A stretch of DNA of 63,103 bases, counting the filler, from Polymyxa betae A26-41 (taxonomy: Eukaryota > Protista > Endomyxa: Phytomyxea), in NCBI GenBank assembly GCA_003693705.1. It is 4 parts of 4 records of this genome, joined end to end, with 100 filler letters (N's around TTAATTAATTAA, not from the genome) between each part and the next. Parts side by side here need not be neighbours in the genome. Positions count along the whole stretch, not along the records: positions 1 to 14,862 come from RBZT01000283.1; positions 14,963 to 34,679 come from RBZT01000763.1; 2 more parts are not named here. The stretch is one strand, 5' to 3'. Positions 13,285 through 25,603 of the stretch are shown in pieces; position 1 is the first letter of the stretch, and each line of letters begins with the position of its first letter. Under the pieces are notes generated by a model, which saw only the letters and a program-made list of their open reading frames with translations, searched no databases and was not told the DNA's origin. The position numbers and the translations under genes were made by a program.

Positions 13285-13510
13285 CATGTCCAGATACATC
13301 ATCTGTATGATGAATGAGACGTGATCGTGCCATTAAAGATGAGCAGTGATACAGAGGGGACTGGTCCCCAGTTCCACGTTCATCGCGTCATTCTGTCACT
13401 GTTCTCCGGATACTTTCGGGAACTTTGCCGAGAGACAGCTTCTGATACAGTCCTGATCTGTAACGACGATCCGGATACGTTTCAGATACTGCCTGACTGG
13501 ATCTGGATTG
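13285..13510 (+). pseudogene. Second-type BTB gene fragment (related remnants at about 7675-7795 and 5698-5892)
   Basis: DVIVPLKMSSDTEGTGPQFHVHRVILSLFSGYFRELC...DDPDTFQILPDWI is a BTB start. The DNA is repeated downstream of copy A. Confidence 0.6.
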
Positions 13511-13701
13511 GAGTGGCTCTCCTACTGATCAAAATTCGGAGGCCTACACCCTTGAGAGGAAAAAGCGAATTTCAGCCCAACAGAGGGCTTAGAGACCTAT
13601 CAATGAAGGGCAGCCACCTGTTGGCCCAACTCTACAGGGAGTTTACCCAAACATTGACTCGATCTCATGCTGGTCTCCCAGCTTCTATCATACGCTGTAT
13701 A

Positions 13702-13920
13702 CTATATTGGGCATCCATGTTTGTATGCTCTCTGTAACATCTGTCTCATGAGTTTGGGTTGTTGCCATAGGGCTGTATTAAAGTTAGTTATCCTCTGGGA
13801 ACTATATTTGGGCATATGGCGTGATAATGCTGTCTCGAAATATGAACATTTCAGGAGGAGATGCTCCAGTGTCTCATTATACTGATTACAATATCGACAA
13901 CACATGGTCGTAATGTCCAC
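13702..13920 (-). mobile_element. Non-LTR retrotransposon C-terminal zinc finger (zf-RVT-like) fragment
   Basis: CRYCNQYNETLEHLLLKC matches the C-x2-C-x(n)-E-x3-H-x4-C pattern at LINE ORF2 ends. Confidence 0.65.
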
Positions 13921-14862
13921 CTATATCATCATTATATCCAGTGTTGGCATCACTTCCGAAGAATCTACCAGAAGAGACATCATGGCAGTCAGCGCCTCAC
14001 ATTAGCAAGAACGCGCCAACAACGCAAATAGTAGGAATGGTGATAATGCAGAATATCGCGGATTTCAAAGCCAAAACAGACAGCAATGATAGACAAGAAA
14101 CGATTCATAACAAGAATGACGAAGATATCGATGCTCGCTACTATCAATGTCCGAACAGTTCTTAGGCAAAAAACGGAAGAAGAGACAATCTGCAATGGTC
14201 GTGCGCGCCTATTAACGTCATAGGTGGATCAGTACGGGCTAAAGTTGGGGTCGAATGTTAACTATAATCCAAAGTCACACACTGATAGGTTTAGATCTGC
14301 ATGAGACCCAGCTAAGCTGTCTTAACTGAAATAGCAGAGAACCCTGTTGTCAAAACAGCGTTCGGAAACGGTTTTAAGGCGTCGGGTTATCAATAAAACC
14401 AAATCAGGCGGGATCGTTGATCAATGAGGGTCTCCTGTAAAACCCGAACTCATCATCCCGATTTCAGACACGCGCGCTCGAAGGCACGCGTTGTCAATGG
14501 ATGCCACCAATGATACGATTTTGCTGCCTTGACGGTTCAGCTCGGTCAGGGTCTGGGTACTGGATGATGGTATCGACGGCGGTCTCGACTGTTCTAGGGT
14601 TTAGGGTTTGCTGTTGCACCTCCCTGTGTCCCGGTTGGTGAACATAATGTAAGTCCAGTACGACATTGAACACGAGACCGACGCGCTGATGGCATCGAAT
14701 TTCTTGAATTAGTCCGGCTCTTATTATGTACGACCCTGCTAGGCGTACGACTAGTCGTAGAGATAACTGCGCGTACGACTAGTCGTACACGCACTATTTG
14801 TGCGACCCCCTGACTCCCTCTGTGTTTCCTATAGAGGGGTTCCCAAATCGTTTCATCGTCGA

Positions 14863-14962
14863 NNNNNNNNNNNNNNNNNNNNNNNNNNNNNNNNNNNNNN
14901 NNNNNNTTAATTAATTAANNNNNNNNNNNNNNNNNNNNNNNNNNNNNNNNNNNNNNNNNNNN
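14863..14962. other. Assembly gap with TTAATTAATTAA linker
   Basis: N-run / 12-mer / N-run, identical at all three gaps. Confidence 0.97.
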
Positions 14963-16619
14963 CAAGTGGGTTGTCAGCCGGAAGCCCGGTCATGACTGTG
15001 ATTGGGGCACGGCCCCCCAGTCGTCGCTGTGGACGATGGTTCAATCTTAGCTCGGATATTAAGCATTTCAATAAATTTATAATTTGACAATTGACAATTT
15101 CGATTGTATCATTTGAGTAGTGAGCATAAGCTGTAACGAGATGTTGCTCAGCTCCTAATTTTTGACTCAAACGTTTCATTGTCCCAGAGACGAAGTATGA
15201 TGCCTGGTCAGAAACTAATATCTTAGGGCGTCCGAAAAGGGCTCGCCATTCTAGTAAAGCATCTACAGTGACAGAAGTCGTTGATACAATCACCGGTTTA
15301 AGTAGAACCAGTCCTGAGAAGTCATCTCGGATAACAAAGATCCATTGGTAATTTAATCTATTCTTTAATCTTGGACCTAAATATAGGTAATCAAAATGTA
15401 AAACCTCGTTAGGTTTCAAACCATGACATGCTGCTCCCAAAGGGCGAGGAATACGAAAGCCTCTTTTCGTTGGAAGACAGTGAAGGCATGAGGAACAGAC
15501 TCGATTGATATCTTGTTCCATTCCGACCCAATACACCCAACTTTTTAATAAAGATAATGCATTTTTATAAGCTAAATGACCACAATGACAACCTGCATGT
15601 GCTATAACACAGAGGCGTCGAATAAGGTCAGTACTTTGGCAAGGAATGACTACTCGTTGATGTGATTCAACCATGAGTCCATCTGAATTCCTAGCGAATT
15701 TGCTATTGGAAAATGGAGACGTTGCTCACGACTAATTTCAGATGTGTCTGGCCAGACTAAATTTTTACAAGGCTGAACCCGAATAGCCGAATCTATTAGT
15801 TGGGTCGGATCAGTTGAAGAAGAATCGGATGACTGTAATAGGGCTCGAACGTTAACATTGGGGCTGTCGCTAGTCATCCCGGCACCCCATCTAGATAATA
15901 AATCAGCCCAGTGATTTTCTTCACCAGGGATGTGATGAATTATATAAATAAAATCACGAAGTTCTATACCCCAACGAATTAATCGTTCGGCTGATTGTTT
16001 GTACATTTCACAGGGTTGTACATAGCGATAAGATTCCTGTGATCTGTATAGAGATGAAACGGATTTGGCATATGTAAAAGATAAGTCAACTTTTTCAAAG
16101 TATCTTTAATTGCATATGCTTCTTTATCAATAACAGCCCAGTTCAGCTCCGAACCATTAAACCGATGACCGACAAAGCCAAGCGGTTGATGTCTTTGCAT
16201 TGATACTTATTTATTGATATCTTCTGTAGGAATCTGAGTGACGACACCTGAGCTTGCATAATAGCTCGCGTCACAAAATACACACTGAATCATTTCCTCC
16301 TTGGGATAGGCTAGTTCTACAGCATGAGAAATTGCCTTTTTTAAATTATTAAATGCAGAAGTATGCACATCATTTCAGCCAAATCGCTGTAAGCTAATAC
16401 GACTTGCTGCTCTTTTAGTTCGACGTGGTCGTAACTTCATAGCGTCTTCCAGAATATCTTGAAGACAAACTACTATTTTACTATAATCAGGGATAGAACG
16501 ACTCATCCACTGAGATGCCATTAAAATCTGCTGTAGTTCGTTGGCACGTGATGGGCTAGGCATGTTAGTTAAAGCTTCAATTCGAGCTGAATCGTGACGT
16601 ACCCTGGTATGACTAAATA
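14963..16619 (-). mobile_element. Second Gypsy-type pol fragment (RT end, RNase H, integrase), same lineage as 1-1947
   Basis: QPLGFVGHRFNGSELNWAVIDKEAYAI, ENHWADLLSRWG, RLCVIAHAG..GH and LVSDQASYF; several frameshifts; cut by the Copia LTR at 16620. Confidence 0.9.
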
Positions 16620-19445
16620 TGAAAGAAGCTACAAGTCGGAGTGCTCAATGTAGGCTAGTTAACAGAGTGAATTGTATATTAGGTAACATAGGACAGATCA
16701 TGTAGGACACGAGTCCGGTGCAAGGATCTAGTACACGGCACGGGACTGGAATGTTGCATCATGGTCACGTGACCGTGACGCCTGCTCCAACACCCTCCTC
16801 AGGCGGAACTTCCATCATCCGCTTGCGAAGAAGTTGAAAACGTGCAGGTTCGAGCGGCTTAGTCATCAAGTCCGCGAGATTTTCGTCTGTACGGCAGTAC
16901 TGCAAGTTGATAACTCCGGAGCGCCGACAGCCCCACACTCTCCATCGAGATGCGTCTGGTATTTGTCCTGAGAAAGCTTCCTCTGGTGACTTTCCCTCAT
17001 GTTGCGTTCCGTCGAGTGCTGTTGTCGGGGACTCATTTCTGAGAACGTTTGCAGCTGCAATGGCTTCTGCCCAAAATTCTCGTGGATGAGCTGCGTGAAA
17101 TCTCATCGCTTCCGCCTTCTCCAATATCGTCTTATTGAACCTCTCTGCCACACCCATTTGTTCTGGATTGTAGGCTATCGAAGATTCGTGTAAGAATTCG
17201 TTTTCGAGGCAGAACCGGTCTAAAGCCCTGTTAAAGAACTCTGTCCCATTGTCCGTTCTCCAGGTGCGTATTAGTTCGATTTTGTTTGAGGACCTTGTTC
17301 GAAACGCCTGGCGCTCGAAATTTTTCACAATTTCCTGAACATCCGATTTATACTTGAAGAAATAAACCCAACTTTTGGTGGAGTAGTCATGAATGAATGA
17401 TATCATATACCTATTGCCTCCGATTGATGGAACTGGGAATGGTCCCATAACGTCGCTACAAACAATCTGTAAGCGTTCCTGGGCACGATGTACTCTTGCC
17501 TTGAATGATGTTCTAGTCATCTTGGACTGGATGCATCCCTCGCACGCATTTCCAGGGCGGCTTGAGGGGTCGGTTGCGAAATCGAGTCCCACCGTAGAGC
17601 CTTTTGCCTTCCTCAGAAGCCTGTCGCACATGTGACCCGATCGTAGGTGAGCTAGTTGGTGGCTAATGACTTGGTTGACAGCGGACATGTCTTTAGTTTT
17701 GTGGAGTTTCTTTGATTGCTGGAGTATGTAAAGATTGTTCGCGTTCTTTTCGACTCGATGGATGACCTCGTAGGTCCAAGAAGTAGCATGAGTCTCCAGT
17801 AAACAGGATGATAGACCCATTGTCGTGCTTTGCCCTACAGACAGCAGATTGTGGTTCATGTTTGGAACGTGCTGTACGTCTTGCAAACTGATTGTGGCAT
17901 GTCCTAACGTGATTGGTTTTGAGTGGCCAATTCCCAGTATGTCAATTTGGCGGCCATCTGCAACTGCAATGGATTGGTTGCGGTCTTTTTTTCGGTAATG
18001 GCAGAAGCGGTCTTTCGAGTTTCCGATGTGTAATGAAGTTCCAGAGTCTATGATCCAAGGGTTGTCATCAAAATCTCCTGAAACAGATTCCGATTTCATT
18101 GAACTCGCAGAAAAAGCCTTAATGTTTTCGCTGTCTTTAGTAATAAATTTCTCACGCCATTGTTTTGGTGCTTTGGAAGGATCGTTGAACCAGCACTTGT
18201 CTTGTTGTGGTTAGATGGCCTGTTATTACTCTTACAGGATAGACAGATTGACTGTCGGGACTCTAGTTTCTGACGAAGCGCTGCATTTGCCATCTCTAGG
18301 TTCTTAATTGTTTGCGACAGATTAGCAGTAGGATTTCCGGAATGTTAGGCCTGAAGGTTCAGTTCTTTGTTCAGAAGCATCCTGGTTACTTCGGCTGTAG
18401 TCAGTTCCTTGGATGAGTGACTATCTAAGGCTGTAGATACCCCGTCATACTCTTCGGGTAGGCCGGCCAGTATAAATGCTGCAATGATTTTGTCCGGTAG
18501 GGTGACGTCAGATGCTCCGGCAATATCTCTAGCTGCGTCTTGAATCTTTGCTACGTAGGTTTGAATGTTGTCATTTCCCAATTGGGTTCTTGAGAGGATC
18601 TTGACAGCTGCGACCGTCGCGGCCGACGATGTGCGATCGTACTGGTTCGAGAGGCGCTTCCATAGGTCGTGTGATGAAGTCGCTTTGTCGGCTCCAATCA
18701 GTGCCTGGACTTCGCTGCTGAGGTACGCCATTATCTTGGCTCTTGCTTTTATATCCAAACGGCTGTTGACTGTCGTACTTTTCTCATTGAAAGACGGTGG
18801 AGTGGGATCGAGGGTCCTCTTCGATGCGTCTAATCCGATGACCAGATCTAGGCCTTGTCGACCAGCATGTTGATCATTCGGGAACTCCATTCTCTGAAGT
18901 TGGACCCGGTGAAGACGGGCATGCCTTCACGCTCGCTACTCATCCCGAGGATGGGACTCTTAATCTGTGACGACGAGAGGCTGGATAGAAGAGTGATTCT
19001 GTATTAGGATAAATGCGTCACGGACTTTGTAGTGTTTTGGTTGTACTATAGTCGAGTAGTTGGTTTATAACAACAGAATACGACGGTCTACTCTTCCATC
19101 ATATCGACCTGATTCTGATTCATGATCACGTACTCGCTGTTGGTGAAAATCAGACTGTTTTCCAGGTTCTCCATATCCTGTGGAGGTTCGCTTTCCAGGT
19201 GGAACTTTTGCCTCGCCTTTTCAGCGTAATAAACTGCAGGAATCCAGAAGAATACGTGAGTTCCTGAGGTTAAAAAGCAGATAAAGTATAGCAGCAGTTA
19301 TGGCTTTCATGGCGAATAGCGGCGATCTAAGCGTCCAAGCGCGGCGGGCCTGTAGTATGACACGAGTCCGGTGCAAGGATCTAGTACACGGCACGGGACT
19401 GGAATGTTGCATCATGGTCAAGTGACCGTGACGCCTGCTCCAACA
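16620..19445 (-). mobile_element. Ty1/Copia LTR retrotransposon with RT deleted; 5' LTR about 19445-18966, 3' LTR about 16792-16620
   Basis: Gag (MSSEREGMPVFTGSNFREW, frameshifted; LAGLPEEY), zinc-knuckle remnant, protease WIIDSGTSLH, integrase (SDVMGP, RTDNGTEF, QMGVAERFN), then a direct jump to the RNase H end (NLADLMTKPL). PPT GAGGAGGG precedes TGTTGGAGC; about 87 bp are shared between 16706-16792 and 19359-19445. Confidence 0.9.
18951..18965 (-). promoter_or_regulatory. Primer-binding site complementary to the anticodon arm of tRNA-Lys(CUU)
   Basis: The + strand ATGGGACTCTTAATC matches the D-arm/anticodon segment of typical eukaryotic tRNA-Lys(CTT), recalled from memory. It lies immediately inside the LTR end (..TCACA) and just before the gag ATG. 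Confidence 0.65.
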
Positions 19446-19449
19446 ATTC

Positions 19450-20046
19450 GTACACCAGATAATAAAGAATGGCGATTATTGAGCAGGTTTCGAATGGTGC
19501 CCCGGGATCTAAGCAAGTTAAGACCATCAGCATCGTCGAAATAAAAAGAAACGCCGAACCGATGATGAGCAAGATCCAGGCCATGATTTTGAGCCCGATC
19601 AATCATTGATAGGGAGTAAGACCATAAAACTTGACCAACATTAAGATTTTCTCCTTCATCAGTCTGACGACTTCATCGACCGCAACGGAAAAGAAATAGT
19701 TTTGGTGGTGTTATCACACGTTTGTCATACCTCAATAAAATTCAAGGTATCAGAAAGTGGTAACGAGCTGATCGTCACATTTGAAGATAAATTTTCCTCT
19801 GCTGCGTCATATATCGATCCCAAAATCACAACTGTTGATGATCTCATCAATGATCCTGAGAGCAAGCTTTTGAATGTCATGTTTGGTGAAGCTCAGAAAT
19901 CTATGACTTACATTATACAGCTGGGTATGACGGTTGCAACTAACCCTGTCATGCGAGCAATTAAGTGGCCCAATGGAGAGTCTGTTCGAGCCGTAATGTT
20001 ACTCACAGTTCGAAACGATGAAGCTGATTCAATGGAATCACTGTGA
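19450..20046 (+). CDS. 3' exons of an unknown gene, truncated 5' by the Copia insertion
   Basis: GTAAG...CATCAG intron (about 19616-19662) followed by an open exon SDDFIDRNGKEIVLVVLSHV...SMESL*; no recognisable motif. Confidence 0.35.
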
Positions 20047-20559
20047 TTTGAAATGTGTATGTAGTTGCAATATAAGTGTAATACATTTTGCAATGTTACT
20101 GTGTAATGTAAATTTCACTTTTCCAGCGACACCCATGGTACTTTACCTCACCTTCCTGGTAAAGAACGATCGAGCTTACCGTGGCTGGCTGCTCCATTGG
20201 ACTATTGATAAATTGCGGCATAAAAGTCTCATTGGTAGCGTCGCATATCAGCAAGATGCAGGAAGAAAGCATCTTGTGCATGACGACGAGTTTGACGAGT
20301 CAATCACACGATGAAGTCCGGGTTCGCGTATTGAGCAGATATCAGTGACAGAGTCTCCGCTGATTCTGCCGTTTTGTAGAACAGAACTCTGAAGGTAGAC
20401 GAAATAGGCGATTATGTTTCTAGCTTGTTAGCAGCAAGTTCGGTGACAACAGCAATACAAGCGTTTATGTAAATAACAGCATTTCAAAGATGCAAAAAAA
20501 ACTTAGCTACTGACAGTGTTATCAGATTGTGTGATGATTAGTTGATTTCTGGCATTTCA

Positions 20560-23110
20560 GTCGTCATTTGACATAGAGCTGGACATTGTTCTGACAGTCC
20601 AGAACAACATTTCTGTCGGAATTGATCGTGGTCGATTTGATCTCCGAAAGTCTTGATAAATAACTCCACATCGTTATTACAATGATATTGAAGGCAGTTC
20701 TATATGGGATTCACAATATCAGTTATAAAAGCGAGTAAACCGGGGGAACATTTCAACTTTTGTTGCTGAACTTTATCAGACAGGACTCGAATACAGTGAA
20801 GAAAAGACCTTTGAGAGATACTCAAAATCCAATAAAACCATTCAGAGTTATATCATACTGTTTGAAAACCTTTGATTTGATATCTAAGTATAAACAATCA
20901 TAGAGATTGTCGTGAACAGAATCTCGAACAGTTTGGATACCACCAAGGCCATTGTCTCTGCAATGTGCTTTTCAAATCCACATAGTGAACCTTCATTGAA
21001 GTTGCTGGAACATTTGTGATGAAATTTGGAATGTGGAAAAGGGCTTCCCCATCGAGATTGAAAAGTTTTCAGATCTTTCTTGCAGCAGATAGTGAGACAG
21101 CATAAAATCGGGATACAAAGAGTCTCCCAGCTACATCCAATATTAGTCCATCCGTTCTCGCGAGCCCATACAAATTTCTTGAATAAGCGGCAAATTAGAA
21201 TGAGCTCCTGCAAAGTATTCGTAGCTTGAGAAATTTCACTGGTTTCTGTCAGCTGATGCTCGACACCATTAACAATGATAATCAACGATTTGCTGGAGCC
21301 AGGAAAAGCTTCATATTGAGATACGAAAGAAGGCGGGTCTGTGATGAACGCGCGTTCTTCGGCTTCAGGCTGTTTGTTCTACAAAAAATTTGAGAAGCAC
21401 AAAGAAGAGCGAATCCGAAACCTACCAGAAAGAAGAATCCGAAACCTACCAGAAAGAAGCAGAGGCTGTCGTAGTCCGTGATCTCGTCTATATCGAAGTT
21501 CAGTACCCTCTGCCAATGTTGTTTTCGTTTTCGGCCTGTTCCACAGCGCCGCAGTCGGCGGCGTTTCCGGGATAGAGCAACATTCGTATCAATTTCTCTA
21601 GATGTAACAGGACGCTTTACAGAAAGCAGAGGTTTTAGAGGAATCGAATCTGGGTCTGATCATATCCGCATTTATCTCCGGAGCATCTCATACTGAATCA
21701 AGATTGTAAAAACGGATTCCCCCAACGGGACTGGAACAACTCGATGTCTTTAGAGCAGCAATGTATGAGACAGTGTAATACTGGAACACAGACAGCATGC
21801 CTCCAGTCCGCCATAGATCGATAGCTTTTCAAAAAATCGCGACGAACGGTTCGGATTGCGGTTAGTTTCCGATGCAGACTGGCTATTAATATGAGCTTTT
21901 GTAATGTGGTCTTAGATAGAGCGATCTCCGTGATTTCATGTATGATAATATTGGTGCCATTCAGATCCACTGTTAATGGCTTCTTGACCCTCTTAGAATA
22001 ATCCACTCTACAACCGAACGATTGCTGAGAGAGAGCTTGCTCTTCTTTGTCATTCGGCTCCTTGTCCTGAGAACCATTTATTACAGCAGCCTTCTTCTGA
22101 TAGAATTTGTTTTTACCAGAAACTGACATATAGTCTGTAATATCAGCAACATTATGATTCAGAAGAAAGTCCAGATTCGATCGCGGAAATGATTTCGTTA
22201 ATTGTTGCTCTTCAGTGGTTGATGTGTGAATAGAAGCCCCTAATGACAGATCTTCATTGCAGAAATCCTGACAAGAAATCTCAATCACGAAATGGGCAAC
22301 GAGCTGCATCACATCATACAGAGGAAAACGTTTCATATGGCTCCTAGACAGAGTATTTAGCCTGAGATATTCGCAGGACACAGCCCATCTTACAGTCAAA
22401 TCGAAATCGTGAGGGAAAGAGCTTCGTCTTTCAACGCCGATCTGGTCCAGGAAATTCCGGACCTGATTGGGATGGAAAAGAGGCTGATTATCGGAATCCT
22501 GAGCTGGTCGGATATCAATGCCGCTCAATAACTATCCCTTTCCCATTAATGACGAATCGACGGCTTATACAAATCGAGCGAGCTTACCTCGGCTGGCTGC
22601 TCCATCGGACTGTGGATAAATTGCCCCATAAAGATCTCATTGGTAGCGTCGCATATCAGCGGTATGGCGAGGAAGATGCAGGAAGAAGCATCCCGTTCAT
22701 GACGACGAGTTTGACGGCTCGATCACTCGATGAAATCCGAGGCGGCGTATTGCGCAAATATCTGTTAGAGACTGGTTCCAGTAGAGAGAAAATCGGTGAA
22801 AATCCCGAAGTAGATTTTGTATGGGAGAAATAGTTCCGTAAAACTGCGAGATAGTCCGATTGACCTGGTAGGTACCAGATCTATATTTTATACGCCGTTA
22901 CACGGAACAAATCCCTGAAAGTGATGTAATTGATGAGGTCGCTAAACAGGCTGCTGATATCGGCGACGAACCATTCACAGCAGAATTGCGAATCTTGCTG
23001 TAGGAAGGGCTTCAAGCTTCCAGATTTGAACACGAAGAAGTTACTGAAACTTTTGGTATGCACACGATAGGCTGTCTAACATTCCATCATTGAAACAGGA
23101 AATCTGCAAC
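20560..23110 (-). pseudogene. Multi-exon gene ending in three tandem copies of the Crypton-derived Cys/His domain (degraded)
   Basis: Repeats: VCVPVLHCLIHCCSKDIELFQSRWGNPFLQS*FSMRCSGDKC (about 21990-21660); LCIPILCCLTICCKKDLKTFQSRWGSPFPHSKFHHKC...LCG (about 21290-20975); IVNPI*NCLQYHCNNDVELFIKTFGD...KCC...C (about 20850-20570). Introns and premature stops; the 5' end may extend to about 24550. Confidence 0.7.
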
Positions 23111-24964
23111 AAGCTGCCGACGGGATATCTGATGGACACAAACAGGTCGAGGGCATAGGGGCGGTCCTGGCTTAATGCTGTACAATCCATAGATACCGAT
23201 GGTATTTCATCTGTTTTCGAGCGAGTTGCGACTGATGCGATTATTTGTGTCCACTTGTTTTACATTGGTTATATTCTTGTATTCCATAATCGCTTTTTGT
23301 GGTGATTGATTAAATTGTGCTAAACAGCTTGTTCATCATATATTAACTAATTATCATCCAAGTAGTCTGATATTCGAGTTTCGAAAAATGCTTGGGATTT
23401 TAAGTCCCTGTCATGATGGAGCAGTTTTGTTTGGTGAGCATGGAGGCCGAGAGATAGTTAACGAGGACAATGGGAACCCTAGAAGCCCATAGCACGCGAA
23501 AGGAGAGATTGCTTAGGACGTGGTTACAGAGAGCATTTTCAATGTGGAGCGAAAGCAGCTTGCATACAGTTGAAGATTTCGTTTTGTATTGAGCAATGCC
23601 GAAAGAGGGAGGATGAGACCCTCAATCGAGTTCCAAAAATCGCTAATAGTGAAATCCTTAGTTTACCGATAACCGGTCGCAGGTAGTAAAAGGCGACTTG
23701 CGAATGCCGGTTAGCGACAAAAAGATACCGAACCAAAAGTTAACACTGACCCTCTAGTAGTGGAATCGCTCAGTACCTCAATTATGGGACCTTTTGCTCT
23801 ATAACCTCACGCACTCATAAAAATTGCGTTTATGTTCGGGACACAATTTTTGGCATACGCACAAGTTTAGTCAGTTTGTTTATTTAGAGCCTGGTTGAAG
23901 TGCGTGTCGTCTACTTTTTGCTTTTCTACTCTTTCAGTCGAGAATAAGCAAATAAAAATAGATAAATTGTGGAAATAAGTCCTTATTTCGCGGACCTAAC
24001 TCTAATATGTGCCAATATCACGATCTTTAGACCTTAGATCCAGCTTTCGAAAACAGAAGGTTTCGTTTATTCCGATTGGCAGAATATACTTGCTCCCAAG
24101 TTTCTTTAGGGAACGAGTTTTGCTCACTCTTAACTTTTTCGGTCTTCACCCATCGGCTAGGATCATTGTAGATTGACGACAGCCAACAGCAGCCTGGACA
24201 ATGGAAGCGTCCTCCTCCGAATCCGTTGATGCATATCATCTACAACTCATGATAGTCTATAAATACCTTGAAATCGCCGAAACTCTATTCATTGGACCCC
24301 ATTATCTGACCTGAATTGAATCCAAACAACCGCTTCTCATGTATTCAGGATTGAACAGCGAGCGGAACACTTCAACGTTGTCTGACATTTCATTCGAAAA
24401 ACGGTTACCTGAACGGCATCATCATTTTACGTTAGAGGAGAGCGAGCCAGTTCCCGATCCTCCGAGATCGCCTGAAGCCCACCTTTTTGCACTAGGAGGG
24501 CGGAATAGTCGCCGTTGCAGCCGCCGCGGGATCCGGGGTGGAAAGATCCCGATGGCGACTGATCAATGATCCACTTATTGGAAGGTTCCAACCCGATACA
24601 TTCAATACAATTATAATTCCATTATATCACTCTTTGATTACCCTTCATTATCGCGTCCAGCCTCTATCGAAGAATCATATTATCGTACAAACCGAAAATC
24701 ATAACGGATTTTTCCGATGCAGCAAGTCCGAGCCCATCATGATTGCCGCGCAGTTCTTCATTTTGGTAGATCGTGCAGGTCTGTCGAATCAGGAACCACC
24801 ATCAGCAAGAGATCAATACCGGACATCATATCCTATATAGAACGGAACAGCTGTAGGGCTCATATCTCTGGCTTAAGCAAGAGCCGACCCGAGTATAAGC
24901 TGGCACGCGACATCTGGTTCAGACGCAGCACTGCAGCTTCGTTACATCGATTACACGTTACGCG

Positions 24965-25603
24965 ATGTCCCGTTTATACGTTCTCGGACTAGATAACGAC
25001 AAGTACTACGTGGGCAAGTCCGACGATGTTGACGCCCGAGTCCGTAGCCATATGGAAGGGCGCGGATCTGCCTGGACCGCCCGGTATCGTCCGCACTCTC
25101 TCATGGAGATCCGCCCTGTCCGTGGGCCCTTCGACGAAGACAACCTCGTCAAGGAGTACATGCGCCAGTACGGCGTCGATCAGGTGCGCGGCGGGTCGTA
25201 CAGCACCATCGAACTCGACCTGACTGCCCGCGTCGCCCTGCAACGAGAATTCCGCACCGCCGCTAACGCCTGTTTTCAATGCGGCCAGCTTGGCCATTGG
25301 GCCGGTGATTGTCACGCTCAGAGGCGGCAGGTTCCGGATCCCGGGCCAGCACGACCCCGACCTGCTGCTGCTGCTGCTGTTGTCGGGCCGGCGGCGTCCC
25401 GGACGGTGGACGTTGGGGTTGGTGGCTGCGACCAGGACCGGTGCTATAGTTGCGGTCATTTGGGGCATTGGGCCGCCCAGTGCGACCAGGAGTCCGGCCC
25501 GGACTCCGACTCCGACGGCGACTGCTGCTATCGATGCGGACGTGCTGGCCACTGGGCCAACCAATGCTATGCGCGGTATCATGTAAACGGATCGCGACTG
25601 TAA
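24965..25603 (+). CDS. GIY-YIG nuclease domain plus three CCHC zinc knuckles
   Basis: LYVLGLDNDKYYVGKSDDVDARVRSH..G.GSAWT...E...VRGGSY, then CFQCGQLGHWAGDC, CYSCGHLGHWAAQC and CYRCGRAGHWANQC. Intact, GC-rich, single exon. Confidence 0.9.
   Translation: MSRLYVLGLDNDKYYVGKSDDVDARVRSHMEGRGSAWTARYRPHSLMEIRPVRGPFDEDNLVKEYMRQYGVDQVRGGSYSTIELDLTARVALQREFRTAANACFQCGQLGHWAGDCHAQRRQVPDPGPARPRPAAAAAVVGPAASRTVDVGVGGCDQDRCYSCGHLGHWAAQCDQESGPDSDSDGDCCYRCGRAGHWANQCYARYHVNGSRL

Noticed and set aside
14907-14918. TTAATTAATTAA palindrome, also at the other two gaps
   Set aside because: Identical linker embedded in N-runs; a scaffolding artefact. Adjacency across gaps is unproven.
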